A DNA stretch of 63,602 nt, filler included, from Lenisia limosa (GCA_001655205.1; 15 parts of 15 records of this genome joined end to end with filler, not necessarily neighbours in it), one strand, 5' to 3'. Numbered from the whole stretch's first letter, positions 34,016 to 47,971 are shown. Numbers and translations are program-made. Notes: generated by a model from the sequence alone, not told the origin.

Positions 34016-37000
34016 GGCCTGATTTTGCGTTGAGTGAGTAGAAAATTGACGGTAATCCTGCAACTACGGGTCCACTTATGAGTCCTGCGGGGGGGGGGGG
34101 NNNNNNNNNNNNNNNNNNNNNNNNNNNNNNNNNNNNNNNNNNNNNNNNNNNNNNNNNNNNNNNNNNNNNNNNNNNNNNNNNNNNNNNNNNNNNNNNNNCC
34201 AAGACGGGAGTGAAATGAAGGAAATTTCGATGAAAAATGAGAGCAGGAAGTGCGGCGGCGGGAGGGGTATATTGATCCCTAGCTCTTGTTAATCCCAAGA
34301 TAGTATTTATATTGAATGGGGTACCTTGTTTCCAAAATTTGGCTTCCCTTCGGTCCGAAAAAGACCGTGAAATGCTCGATATTTTAAGAGGGATTTTCGA
34401 GTTTTTTTATATGTCTTTTTTGGGACCGAAGGGGCGCCCTGCTCCCACATCATTAGTATCCTGATTATCTTTGTTTCAATAGAGACTTTGCTCTTTAATC
34501 CTCATTAGAGACTTTACTCTTTATGATCTTAGTTTCAAAAGAGACCTTTATGATCCTAGTTTCAATAGAGACTTTATCTTTGAATCCTAGTTTCAAAAGC
34601 GACTTATCCCACTCACCTGCCGTTGTAGATATGATAAGGTCTTGGGGAGGAGGCTGTTTTCGGCTGCAAAGGAGCGTGAAAGGGGGAAATATATGGGGGA
34701 AAAAGGGGGGGAAAGGTGAAGAGAAATTCACAGGAAAATCTATGAAATCAAAAAGCCTATCCATAGATTGTATTTTGCTCCACAATGATATATATTGCTT
34801 ACTTTATCGCTGAGAAAAGCGGGAGAAGAGCGGAGGAAGACTTGCATGACGTCTGAATTTGGTAAATAGGGGGGGGGGGGGGGAANNNNNNNNNNNNNNN
34901 NNNNNNNNNNNNNNNNNNNNNNNNNNNNNNNNNNNNNNNNNNNNNNNNNNNNNNNNNNNNNNNNNNNNNNNNNNNNNNNNNNNNNNNNNNNNNNNNNNNN
35001 NNNNNNNNNNNNNNNNNNNNNNNNNNNNNNNNNNNNNNNNNNNNNNNNNNNNNNNNNNNNNNNNNNNNNNCCTCACCATTATTACAACATTATTATCATC
35101 TAATCCCCTCACCCATTAACTACATATAGAATATGATATCAAATGTAGTGTATATAACTCCCCCGCGTACCAAGAGCAGCACGTTCGGGTCATGATGTAG
35201 TAAAACATGGGCCAATGGGGGGCAACTTGAGAGGGGCGGCTGGCCTGCTTTGATGCTCAAATACTTTGGCAACACTGGGGGAGTAAAACGAAGGAAATTT
35301 CCATGAAGAATATTGGCGTAAAGGTACTAATTACGAACCTAATAATTTGAAACTCCAAACAAACTCCAAACAAACAAAAAACAAGTAATAACAAATACGT
35401 GCAACCAACGCTAAAACTAGAAAAAAAAACATATGACAAAAATACAAAAACAAAGACAAGTCCGAGCCAGCCTTTGAAGAGTTCCACCACCGCTCGAGGA
35501 AGAGAGTAAAAATGGAACATTAGGACCTAGCAGTAGCCCTCCCCCCTCCCACCATCAATATGGTCCGTCACGAGCACGGCAGTAGCCAGGCCAAGACTGC
35601 GACAAAGCAATACGCCAGCATGGCACGCAACACGCGCAAATCGCACCCATTTATCCCGGCCTGGGGGAGGATTATACCTTTTATAGAAAAAAAAAGAGGG
35701 GGGGGGGGGAGTACAATTGGAAAATTTATGAAACAAAAAAACTTAAATCAACTCTGTTGATTGACAACACATGAGGACAACAAAAAAAACAAAGCCCAGG
35801 TCAGTCACTTCTGCAGCCCCGCATCACACTCCAGCGTACGTAAAACGAAGGAATTTTCGATGAAGAAAGGGAAAAACAACAACAAAAGAAAGTATTTTAT
35901 GAAACTAAGAAGCCCAAAACCAGTGTTGTTTGTGGAATGTAGGTTGACTGATCAAATTTCGATATTTATCGAGAATTCATCGAGAAAGTCTTTTTTTGGG
36001 ACCGAAGGGAAGCCCGTACATGTAATTATACAATGTCATTGACCGCTTTTTCTTAAAAAAAAAATCAATGCGCATATCTGTCAAGACTACCACCACAGTG
36101 TCATCCAACCCCTATGTATTTATTTGTGATTTTTTTTTTTTGAAGAATTAAATGTATTCTCTTATTCACCCCCACCCCCCACTTTCAGCTTTGCCACTGT
36201 TCCATGATGACTGAACCAATGAACACGCTCGTCTTACATTCTGCCCTGTTAAACTCTTGGGAAAAACAAGGACCGAAACAATGGGGTCAAGGGGGGAGGC
36301 AAGAAAGAGAATTAAGGAAAGAGAAGAGAAAAAAGAGAGAAGAGAAAGACAAGACAAGACAAGACAAGAAGATAAATGAAGCAATGAATAAAACAACAAA
36401 AGAGTGACGGAAACAAACAGGAGATAGGAGGCATTAACATGAACTACAAAAGTACAACATTAGTAATACTCATCTAAACCCTTTCTATGATTAGCGCTTC
36501 ACTTTAACTTGCAAAAAAGACTGCCGTGTTTTTGTTATAACCATTTAAGACATGTTAAATATCAAGACTTATCAAGACTTATCAAGGTATCTCTTTATCA
36601 TTAACCCAGTTATTCCACCCAACATCCCTTTTGACTGGTACCCTCCTCCCAATTTCCTTTCCCTCTCTTTAAATAGGATAATCCCCCCGACATTTGCAGT
36701 ACCGTCCGCTACGGTATCAAGGGCGTCTGGTACGGAACTGGGCCAACGATGTGATAGGGCCTGGGTGGGGGGTGGCGGGTAAAACGAAGGAAATATCAAT
36801 GAAGAATATTGGCGTAAATTGACAATTTTATGAAACAAAAAAAGTAAATAATAGCAACTAAAAATTCCACAGTATTCACATTTATTCAGTAATAAAACAA
36901 CAACAACAACAACAACAAAAAAAAAAACTATGTATAATAATATATTTGTGTATGTAAATGTGTCACATAACTTTTTGTACAATACCAAAGAAATTGATCA

Positions 37001-39078
37001 GATTGTAATCTTCTAACGGTCCGAGAAAGAATCGATATTTAAAGAATATTTACAGAGGAATTGTCACCGTATTGCCAGCAGACCGACCAATGAGAGATTT
37101 TGGTGTCTGGTATCCCTATATTTGTTCAGATTGTACATATATGATATCAGATCACTTTTTGGATTATTATCACCGGTCATATGATCATATCACTAGTGGA
37201 TATGGTTAACATAATTATTGTCTTGCTAACTAAATGCCCGCACACCGATGAGAGGTTTTGACGGGCTATACGCACAGCCGGTTGGAGAATGGGGTGCTGC
37301 GGTAATTAAAAAGAAGAACCTATGAAACACTTTCTCCAAATAAATAAAAACCATTGAGGGGATACGCCGTACCCTCCCCCTCCCCCTTACTAAAATATCA
37401 TCATATACCAGCAAAATACACCCCTGACATAGTACCACAATACACCCATATCCCCACACACAACACCCATGCCCCCACCTGGCATGAAACAGCATTTGCC
37501 CCGAGGTCCAACATAGCCTCGAACAAGTCCTTCAAAGAAGACATGGACGTGAGGGTTGAGCTGTGATTTGTAAGGGGGGGGGGGGGGTAAAATTGGAAAA
37601 TTTNNNNNNNNNNNNNNNNNNNNNNNNNNNNNNNNNNNNNNNNNNNNNNNNNNNNNNNNNNNNNNNNNNNNNNNNNNNNNNNNNNNNNNNNNNNNNNNNN
37701 NNNNNNNNNNNNNNNNNNNNNNNNNNNNNNNNNNNNNNNNNNNNNNNNNNNNNNNNNNNNNNNNNNNNNNNNNNNNNNNNNNNNNNNNNNNNNNNNNNNN
37801 NNNNNNNAATTACGAACCGAATAATCTGAAATGTCAAACAAAAACAAAAAAACAAGCAATATCAAACACGAACAACCACGCTAAAACTAAACGGGGGTGA
37901 TTGGTCGAATGTGTATACTTTGATATGACCCATAGACATTAAGACAGAAAGTGTATGATATGATCTATCATTGACACAATATACAATACGATGTCTCCAA
38001 ATTTGGAAGTAATCTGACGATTGTATTTTTGTCCCAGTATTACACCCACAGAGTCTAGATAACAGCGTGGTCTTTCCCGATTGTGGCGGTCCTAAGTGGT
38101 AAAAAAGTACACGATAAAAAAAACCAAGAAAAAAAAAGAAAAAAAAAACGTTTTTTCAATGCTTGTGTGGACCCCCTACCCAACACCCGCTATAANNNNN
38201 NNNNNNNNNNNNNNNNNNNNNNNNNNNNNNNNNNNNNNNNNNNNNNNNNNNNNNNNNNNNNNNNNNNNNNNNNNNNNNNNNNNNNNNNNNNNNNNNNNNN
38301 NNNNNNNNNNNNNNNNNNNNNNNNNNNNNNNNNNNNNNNNNNNNNNTTCAGCAAGATACAACCTTATTTTTTATTTCTCATTGCTATACATATATAACAA
38401 GAATACCCCCCACCCCCCGCATACCAATTATAACATGACGCCTTGAAGACAGGGTTGGCTGGCCACTGCTTCCATAAGCCCTGGAAAATGTGACTATATG
38501 ATACCCCATGTATTTGTTTTTAAATTGTATTGTTCAAAAAAGAGACAATTTGGTGAACCCTCCCTATCACCCCCGCACCGGGCCTGTTCCAAGGCCTTAG
38601 CAGCCACGTCGTCCAAACTGTCGGAGTAAAACGGCTGGGGGCACGCGGTGAGGCCTTCCTGGATTGTGGCCNNNNNNNNNNNNNNNNNNNNNNNNNNNNN
38701 NNNNNNNNNNNNNNNNNNNNNNNNNNNNNNNNNNNNNNNNNNNNNNNNNNNNNNNNNNNNNNNNNNNNNNNNNNNNNNNNNNNNNNNNNNNNNNNNNNNN
38801 NNNNNNNNNNNNNNNNNNNNNNNNNNNNNNNNNNNNNNNNNNNNNNNNNNNNNNNNNNNNAAGGTTGAATTTATCGATAAATTTCAACCCCTTAGTACAA
38901 GCTCTTTATAGATATGATTTATCGAGGGTTTATGGAGGGTTTATCGAGGATTTATCGATTAATAACACACCCCTAGCCCCCAATCATACATGAAGGGCAT
39001 TCTGGGTTGCCTGCTGTTTTTGGAGGAGTTTTAGGCGGACGTTTGTTGGCTGGCTGCCCCATGCTTCCTTCCATGCAA
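34016..39078 (-). CDS. P-loop NTPase, possibly STAND/NACHT-like (multi-exon fragment)
   Basis: Walker A assembled across a phase-1 intron, RRHVIIG|PPQSGKTTLLSRL (exon starting at 38091), and a Walker B-like AVLVTDHID|AVVELF near 35540. Confidence 0.7.
34466..34610 (+). repeat. Degenerate intronic tandem repeat (~27-30 bp unit atcctagtttcaatagagacttt)
   Basis: About five imperfect units with no unique spacers. Confidence 0.65.
35277..35421 (-). mobile_element. Family D splice-site-anchored intronic repeat (representative copy)
   Basis: On the host-gene strand: ctagttttagcgttggttgc..tttcaaattattaggttcgtaattagtacctttacgccaatattcttcatggaaatttccttcgttttactccccc, followed directly by AG. Other copies or fragments near 225, 1918, 17017, 19060, 29661, 33975, 34205, 35840, 36775, 37808 and 61130. 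Confidence 0.88.
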
Positions 39079-39318
39079 CTGGGGGGGGGGGGGGGGNNNN
39101 NNNNNNNNNNNNNNNNNNNNNNNNNNNNNNNNNNNNNNNNTTAATTAATTAANNNNNNNNNNNNNNNNNNNNNNNNNNNNNNNNNNNNNNNNNNNNGTTA
39201 TGGGGTGGGTGACCTATAATTGATGTTATGGAGCTTCATAATAGCATTTTATCCCTGTCCTTTTTGTCTATCAACCCATATAGCAAAAATGGTGAAATGT
39301 CTTTTCTTATTATTGCAG

Positions 39319-42300
39319 GTGTAAGTGTGAAGACTCGTTTCGATGAAATCTCATTTGGTATGTTGGTCAATATTTTACTATTATCCAATATCTCTTATAA
39401 GCATGATGGTGCACGGCTTCGACAAGATAATTTGTTTTATTTTTAATTTATATATAATATATTAAGGTTGTAGGGTAGCTCAAGGCCAGATCGAACTTCA
39501 GCATGATATTTGCTTACTCCCTTCAGGAACATTCTGCCAGCACAATGACATCACCCTCACCAAAAACATGATTGGTCACCTCACCTTCGATGTCAGTGAT
39601 TTGTCAGCTGTTGACCCTACTGGGCTCCATATCAGAGTAGGCTGGCCCAGGGGATTGATGGTAGTTTGTTGTCCAAGATCATCGAGTGATACATAGATAT
39701 AATATAGTAAATATGTATATATAACCCCGTCCACAAAAATCGGTGCTTTTTGGGTTTTCCGAGTAAAAATAATTTTTTTTTAAAACAAAATCAAAATTCT
39801 GAAAACAAAAAACGTTCAAAANNNNNNNNNNNNNNNNNNNNNNNNNNNNNNNNNNNNNNNNNNNNNNNNNNNNNNNNNNNNNNNNNNNNNNNNNNNNNNN
39901 NNNNNNNNNNNNNNNNNNNNNNNNNNNNNNNNNNNNNNCCGTATCAGAGTTTCCATCATTTCTCAAATGAGTGGATATGGTGTATTATATCTAGGGCCTC
40001 CCTGTGGTACGAAAAGACTGTTGAAATATCGATATAAGGATTTATCGAGAAATTCAGCCTTGAATCCCTAATTATATCGTTGTGTGGGCAGTGGTGGTCT
40101 ATTTAAATTGGTGAAATAGCAACATAACTTTCATAACAATAACCTTCATTTGAATGCGGCTGAGGAGCTACTTGCATTTGTGGTGTCGTTTTTGCTACGG
40201 ATATGATAATGTTGTTCAGTCTTAAACCAATTTTCCAGCTCTTAACTTCCACAGACGCGAAGCAACAGTGTTGTTGAGAACTGGAACTCATTTGACCTCA
40301 CNNNNNNNNNNNNNNNNNNNNNNNNNNNNNNNNNNNNNNNNNNNNNNNNNNNNNNNNNNNNNNNNNNNNNNNNNNNNNNNNNNNNNNNNNTGATTCACTG
40401 TATTATGAGACGCAAAAAGAAAGCAAAAACCACTTCTGTCTAATTTGGGTGTCACTCCCTTCCGAAAAATAAAAGTACCGGAAAAATATCGAAAGTGGCG
40501 AAGCGAGAAATTCAGTTTTTTTTGGCTTGCAGTGAGTCCCTAACATCGCAGCTCTGCCAATCCAACACGTGCTGTGCAGCAACAGCCACGCCAAGCCATA
40601 CCCTCGTGTCGAAGGTCATGCAGGCCGAGGGCCCCGCTACTCTTGGGGTCTGGCCTTTTGCTATCCCGGATCAACCTTCCTATGAGGTGAGGTGGAGAGT
40701 TTTTGATTGGAATCAGGGCTTCACTTCGGGGTGAAAAATACCGATAAAATATCGATAATTTTCGAAGATTTATCGAGAATTTCAGTCTTTTTTTCGAACC
40801 GAAGTGAAGCCCTAATTGGAATACAAAAACAAGATGTTATAATTTAAGCTGAACAGCAAGAGTCAATAAAAATACCTTATACTACCAAATCGCGTGCTAT
40901 TACTTTTAGAAATTCCCATCAAGACATTCATTGGTGGTGAACTATCATATTGTTTCATGAATGGTTTTGGAATATTGGTTCTTTCCCTTTTTTTCACTCA
41001 ACGCGCAGGTTTGGTTCCAGAGGGGCGACGCTGAAGTGACTGGAATTCTTGGTTCAGGGCGTGAAGTGGGCTATCATCCTTTTGTGGCTCGGCTGGTATG
41101 CGGTGGTAATGGTTAGGCTTCATATCAATTGTTGGATCATTTTTAGTAATTCCTCATCATATCCATTTGTATGATATAATTTTCCTGCAAATCTTAATGG
41201 CAATCTGGCGCATTTATGATGAACCCTTGTTTTATCCTCGTTCATCATTTGACAAGAAAGTGGCCATATTATCATATCACTAGTAGATATGGGTCAACAT
41301 TTTGGTTCCAGCTGTCCTGAAGTTGTTGGTTTTAGATTGTTATAGTTCATCATTCTTTCAATTTCAAATACGAACTTGTTTGATATTGTGCAGTCAGGAG
41401 AAAGTGATCTTCACTTTTGGGACTGCATTCATTCCACAACGAGTGCGTCAGTTGGAGGTTGGTTGAGGGACTATATTTGTTTGAATCCGGGCAGTCAGAA
41501 AAAGATTAACATTGATTTGATATTATATTTGTCGAAGATGTGGAATAACCCAAAAATCTCCATCATCTTTATTTCTGTTGGAAAAGTCACTTTTCAGATC
41601 ACAAAGTTCGTGGCAAGTTCTTTCATTTCATGGCCGTTCAAACACCAGCCAAGTTGATATTCTATCTCAATGGAGAACGCGTGGCCTCACTCTCAGGAAA
41701 AACTTACTCTGGGGACAACTCCGTTTGTGGGGTGAGTCACCATGCCGCCATAAATGCTTCATTATTCAAAACTGCTTGGAATATCTGGTGTGTTTTGGCC
41801 ATAATGTCTGATTTGAGGGGGGGGGGGGGNNNNNNNNNNNNNNNNNNNNNNNNNNNNNNNNNNNNNNNNNNNNNNNNNNNNNNNNNNNNNNNNNNNNNNN
41901 NNNNNNNNNNNTTTTTCATAGTAACTCTTTTCTAGGCCTTCTATGTTCCAGGGTACAATAGCAACGCAATAGGACAAGCCGCCACTGATTCGTTGTATAG
42001 AGCATCTGAGGGCACGCAGTATATTTTGGTTGGTGGCCCTATGACGTATTTGTTGCTCATATCAATTTTTGGATCATTTTCACACATGTTACCAACTCCA
42101 TTAACATATTGATATATATTTAGCAAAATAAGGTTGTATCTAGCCGAAGCCGTCCACACAATCACGCTGATAAGAGATATGGATTTAATATTAATTCACC
42201 CAATCATTTGCTTTGCAACTCTGTGCACCAGCTTTCTGCGTGCCTCCCCAGCATACCTCATATCCACTGGTGTGATGATATAATAAATGACCGACAACTC

Positions 42301-42522
42301 TCAATGATACTCTGATACAATACATTTGGCAACCCTGTATTTCATTTCGCCCTCAAAGTCGGCCATCAGTCACTAGTGATACATAGTATATGTAGGTCAA
42401 AGTAGATTGTACTCATCGTAGTCCCCATTGTGCTTTTATTCTCCTACAGGCACGCATGTACAATACGACTCTCACTGATGCTGAAGTGGTACAGAAATTC
42501 GTCCAAGGTCCATCTGAAGATA
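39319..42522 (+). CDS. Laminin-G / concanavalin-like domain protein (partial)
   Basis: KFFHFMAVQTPAKLIFYLNGERVASL and ARMYNTTLTDAEVVQKF are LamG_3 hallmarks (H.A....L..Y.NG; RIYN..LT..E). Many canonical exons. Confidence 0.75.
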
Positions 42523-42741
42523 GTGGGGGGGGGGGNNNNNNNNNNNNNNNNNNNNNNNNNNNNNNNNNNNNNNNNNNNNTTAATTAATTAANNNNNNNNN
42601 NNNNNNNNNNNNNNNNNNNNNNNNNNNNNNNNNNNTCAGAAAAGCGGTCGCGGTTATGTTACAGGTCGCGGTCGTGTGCACTCACCTATATGTATATACT
42701 GTATACTTGCACATATTTCATATATGTGGGTCCTCAAAGCT

Positions 42742-43432
42742 CCGGACATCATTCAGAATTCCCGGACACATCAAAACTCNNNNNNNNNNNNNNNNNNNNN
42801 NNNNNNNNNNNNNNNNNNNNNNNNNNNNNNNNNNNNNNNNNNNNNNNNNNNNNNNNNNNNNNNNNNNNNNNNNNNNNNNNNNNNNNNNNNNNNNNNNNNN
42901 NNNNNNNNNNNNNNNNNNNNNNNNNNNNNNNNNNNNNNNNNNNNNNNNNNNNNNNNNNATGAATTTGGTCTCCCGGGGGTTTCCCTTTTGCCTTTTCACA
43001 GGATTTTTTTCTGAATCTTACCCTCTTTTAGTGTTAAGAAACAAAATTTGTACCCCTCGGAGTAATTGGTTCCGGGTTCCCATTTGCTTTGGCTATGTAA
43101 TGGTGAATTTTGAGGAAAAAATGCTAAAAATAGCACTGTCTACAGGGGTAAACTTTCCCGGATAGTTGCCATTTATTCCTTGAATGTGGCCTTTTATAAC
43201 GGTTTTTACTTGTTTTTGACCGTTTTTCGACCGTAAAAAGAGAGCTTAGGGACTTAATTTGGTTTTGACTCGATAATATGTTAAATTGGGGTTACATTAT
43301 TTGATTAAGATTGAGATAACTTTCAAAAACAGAAGGGAAATAGGGTTTCTGGGAGGTTTATGGTGATTTTGTATGGAAAACTCAAGCTGTCCGGGAGTTT
43401 TGATGTGTCCGGGAATTTTGAATGATGTCCGG
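42742..43432. mobile_element. ~690-bp non-autonomous DNA transposon (family F) with 38-bp TIRs
   Basis: ccggacatcattcagaattcccggacacatcaaaactc at 42742-42779 and its inverse at 43395-43432, followed by TA. Internal sequence (42975-43030 and 43280-43345) is the reverse complement of 19722-19849. Confidence 0.85.
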
Positions 43433-43600
43433 TACATATATGTATATATGTTATCAATCGTCGTGTGTTGTCAGCCAACTGAGTTGATTTGGGTTTTTTG
43501 TTTCATAAATTTTCCAATTTCACTCCCCCTTGGAACTCGAGCTTCTTTACGTTGGAACTCTTTCCTTTTTTTTTTGTTTTTTCTCCATTTCACCGCGTAG

Positions 43601-43991
43601 GAACTCGAGCGAGAAAAGGCGGCGTTCCATCTTGGAGAGGAGAAAATGAGGAAAAAATACGAGGATGTATGCCGCAATGTCTTGTCACTTTTTGAGCATG
43701 ACAGCTAGGGCTTCACTTCGGTCGAAAAAGTCCGGTACAATATCGATAGTTTCCAAGGATTTATCGAGATATTCGGTCCTTTTTCAAACGGAAGATTTCG
43801 ACTTGGTGGTTTTACATTTGTTTTGTTTGTTCCCAAATGCTTCCCAATAGAGTTGATTACTCTGTGTCGGTTGTGCTAATGACATCATCAACAGCTTTTC
43901 CAGTCTTCTCATCCTATAGGCCCTCCAGAACGCCATGAAGCTGCGTGAGGAGTTGAAGTCTATTGAGAGCCAAGGCGAAGCTGAGGACTAA
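43601..43991 (+). CDS. C-terminal exons of a coiled-coil protein
   Basis: ELEREKAAFHLGEEKMRKKYED spliced to ALQNAMKLREELKSIESQGEAED*. Confidence 0.6.
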
Positions 43992-44786
43992 GGCCACCTC
44001 AGGTTCCTAATGTACATTTGCTTTTGAGGAATAATTGATTTCATTATGAATATGCTATCTTTACCGCTCTATTTCAAAAGACTGGCCCCCATAAACATAC
44101 AGCTGTACATTACATGGTAATACTGAGATTGGGGGGTGGGGCTTATTTGGTTTTGGAAGAAATTCAAAATACATCGGGACATTATTAGGGCATAGCAACC
44201 TTTTTTTAACATATGTATCGAATTCAAGAAAAGGGAAACAAATTTCCCCGAGCCGGGCCTTCATCCAAAGACTTGGACTGGACACACGGTTGGCCGGGGA
44301 AGACCGAACCTTAGGACCAAATGTTGCGGAGGCACCCCACCCCGGTCTAGGAGCACCTAAAAAATGGGGAAAGCTGTTTTCAACTAACCTACTGGATATA
44401 CTGGAGAAGACTGAATTTAGACTGAAGCAGTTAGACATTGCAGAGACATTGGATCATTCAAAGTTCCTTTCTTTGTGTTACAGAAGAAAATGACTCTCGT
44501 GGGGGTGGTGCAGATGACAGCAACAAATTGCATACCGAACAANNNNNNNNNNNNNNNNNNNNNNNNNNNNNNNNNNNNNNNNNNNNTTAATTAATTAANN
44601 NNNNNNNNNNNNNNNNNNNNNNNNNNNNNNNNNNNNNNNNNNAAAACGCACACGGGTTGAAAAGGGGTTATGATTCGAAGAAATGAAGGAGTGCAAAGAG
44701 ATTTGCATAAGGGCAAACACGAATTCACGTGAAAACAAAACCCCATCAGAAACACCAAACTCGCACATACATAGATCCCTCCTCAC

Positions 44787-46646
44787 TTTTGAAAGACGAC
44801 CAAGTAGCCTTCTCTTCTCCTCAATTTTCTTCTCCTTCCTTCTCAGCTCTTCCCGCAATCTTTCAAGCTCGGCCTCTTGCTTCTCTGCCTCATCTAGCTC
44901 CTCCTCCTCTCTCCGTCGTCTCTCTTCCTCAAACATCCGTTCTTCTTCTCTCTTCTTGACCTCCAGGACCTTGTCTTCGATCTCCTTCTGCTTCCTTTTT
45001 TCTTCGTCTTCCTACAGTGGTTAACAACTTGGCTATGATAATTCTGTCGGAAATAATCACGACCGATTCATAGAGTTTAATTATTCTTCAGTCTTACACT
45101 CTCCATTTGACTGTACATAACATAATTCAATTGATAAATGCAAAACAAGAATTGGAATGGAACTCCAGACCTTGAGTTTGGCTGCCTCCTCAGTCTCGCG
45201 ACGGATGCGATCAGCTTCTCTGCTCTCGGCCTTTTGCGCCTTCTTCTCCGCTCTCAAGCGCTGCAAGGGTGAACGCGGTGAAGTGGAATGAAGACAGGTG
45301 GTTGTCTCAAACCAGATGAAATAGCACTTATAAGGTTATATCTGGCTGAAGGAGGTTGTGTGTGTGGGGGGGTATGTTCAATCCTTCTTTCACTGAAGTC
45401 TATAGAATATGGTTTAAAATGGGTGATTCTGTTCAACTTTTCCTGAACGAACTAGTATGATATGGATATGGACAAGTGTTACAAAGAAGACTGCCTTTGG
45501 TTACAAGTTCTCCTTCCCCCAGGTGATTATAATTTGGCCATTCCTACCCTCCTCTCGGCACGGGTCTCATCACGCTCCTTCTTGCGCATGGCTGCAAAGA
45601 TCTGTTCCCTCTCAGTGAAACACGGCCCGGGGTCGGATTCGTCCGATTCTGTCGACTCATCCGGAGAGTCACTGCAGTAGCGATAGTCGTCCTGAGGGGT
45701 GCGTCAAAACAAAAAAAAAACAGAAAATAAACAACTCTAAAAACACAATACCCCCGGGTCAAAGCTGTCTACGCACCTTCACGGGAGGATCGTCTTCAAT
45801 ATCCTGCTGTCTGTTCTGAAAAGGTGAGTGTGGGGAAATATATATAAAAAAAAAAGTAGAGAAGAACACAAACCTTTGACGGACGCTGTTCTCTGCTGTC
45901 CTCGCGTCTGTCCTAAAGAGGTGAGAGGTGAACAGCGATGTTATCGAGAAACATGCCACTCAATCACAGCAGCATTGTATAAAAAATGAGTGAAACTCCT
46001 CCACAACCCGAGCCCACAGACCCTTGATGACGAATGTGTCTCTTTATCATCATCGCGTCTATCCTAACAAAAGATGAATTTCACATTATTTTAATCCATA
46101 TCCAGATCTTTGTGAGAATTTCTGTACATATAAGTCAGGTATTCTTCTCTGGAAATATGCAAAAGAGACAACAACATAACTTTCTAGTATAAATACCATT
46201 ATTCCGTTTTTACCCTTGCCACCACATGAAAGTAGCATAAGCAGTACCCCCCACTTTTCTTGAAGACGAACCTTCGCCAAACTCGTCGTCACTCACAACA
46301 GGCCGGCGTCGCTGACAGGGTCAAATGCTGCCTTTTCGGGACCCATAAAGAATGTNNNNNNNNNNNNNNNNNNNNNNNNNNNNNNNNNNNNNNNNNNNNN
46401 NNNNNNNNNNNNNNNNNNNNNNNNNNNNNNNNNNNNNNNNNNNNNNNNNNNNNNNNNNNNNNNNNNNNNNNNNNNNNNNNNNNNNNNNNGCTTTGGCTTA
46501 TCTGAAGATTCTGTGCGGTCTCTGTCACTTCTATCTCTTTCTGATCTGTCTCTGTCACTTCTATCTCTGTCCGTTCTATCTCTTTCTGATCGGTCCCTAT
46601 CAGTTCGGTCTCTGTCGCTTCTTTCAGATCGATCAGATTTGTATCT
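44787..46646 (-). CDS. RD/RS-rich, charged coiled-coil protein (SR-related; partial)
   Basis: Exon 46646-~46490 encodes (DRDRS/ERDRT)n. Downstream phase-0 exons are E/K/R-rich (EEERRRREEEELDEAEKQEAELERLREEL). Confidence 0.75.
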
Positions 46647-47971
46647 CTGCAGAGGTCAATCGTTGTTCAATCAAAAAAAAAAACAAAAAAAAAANNNNNN
46701 NNNNNNNNNNNNNNNNNNNNNNNNNNNNNNNNNNNNNNNNNNNNNNNNNNNNNNNNNNNNNNNNNNNNNNNNNNNNNNNNNNNNNNNNNNNNNNNNNNNN
46801 NNNNNNNNNNNNNNNNNNNNNNNNNNNNNNNNNNNNNNNNNNNNNNNNNNNNNNNNNNNNNNNNNNNNNNNNNNNNNNNNNNNNGAGGGTAAAATAGGCA
46901 ATGTATGAAGCAATAACACCCAAGAGAACTTGCCAAAGGGGACAGATAGGGGGGGCACACGCAGACAACTCAACATGGGGGGAAAGAAAGAAACCCCAGA
47001 AGTGTTATTGTCAATCTAGATTGTACCAATAAAGTTGAGTGTGACAGACAAGACAAAAGGATGGAAACTCAACACCACCCGTCTTTAGAGGGCAGTACAA
47101 GAAAAATCAGCATCAAGAGACTGCAAGCGAGAGTTCCAGAGAAAAGGCCCATAAACTTGCCCCAAAATTATTTGTATAAATAAATAAACGAAATAGAACT
47201 CGATTATTCAAAAAGGGAATGGTAAAGTAAAGAGAAAGGAGTGATCTTGGCGCATAGAAATTGAAAGTGAGGAAAGGTTGAAGCTTCCACCTCCACCAGT
47301 TCGTTATATTTTATAAAATTAGCTTAAATATGGCAAATATGCACAAGAAGGGGACCACGGAAACCAAGATATCATTCCTCAAACCAAATTGACTCTTGTC
47401 GCACAATTGCCTCTAATTAGCCACAGTTCACGCGAGAAGCGCCTTGGAACTCAATTAAAATGGACAATCGCAAACAAATCTGACAATAACAATAACTTAA
47501 AACGTCTTACAACCCGTTTTAAAAAGAGACACACTTCTTTCTTCCTAAACGACTAAAAGAGAATCAAAAAGAGGTTTCCAAGTTATTCATATATCAGAGT
47601 CGGCAAAAGTAGTAGCTGGGGTACACGTTCACACCTTTATTGCTAAAAATGCAACGGTGTTAATTCGGCTGATTTAGAGATATTTAGAGAATGTGAAAAG
47701 ATATTAGAGATTTTGGAGAGAAAACAATATTTCAAATCTCTTTGAAAGTTCATTGGTATTGCGATTCCGTCGCTACTGTGTGCTATTTTATGGCAATTTA
47801 TTAACATATTTGACTTACATATTAACCAAGGAGGAGTCACGCTCATAGAGTTACTTTCAATTTTTCTCCCAGGCTCCCTCCACCACTGCAGACGCTATCT
47901 ACCATCCTCATTTACTTAAATTGGTAAAATAAGTAATATCCACTGTCTGCTAACACATCCTTCGTCGAGGC

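Noticed and set aside
34466-34610. Regular ~28-bp repeats suggesting a CRISPR array (also 18560-18781 and 51490-51575)
   Set aside because: The units are degenerate and contiguous with no unique spacers, lie in eukaryotic introns or intergenic DNA, and have no cas genes.
44200-44493. Open plus-strand frame ending KLFSTNLLDILEKTEFRLKQLDIAETLDHSKFLSLCYRRK
   Set aside because: Protein-like, but with no recognisable motif, clear start or splice context; not supportable as a feature.
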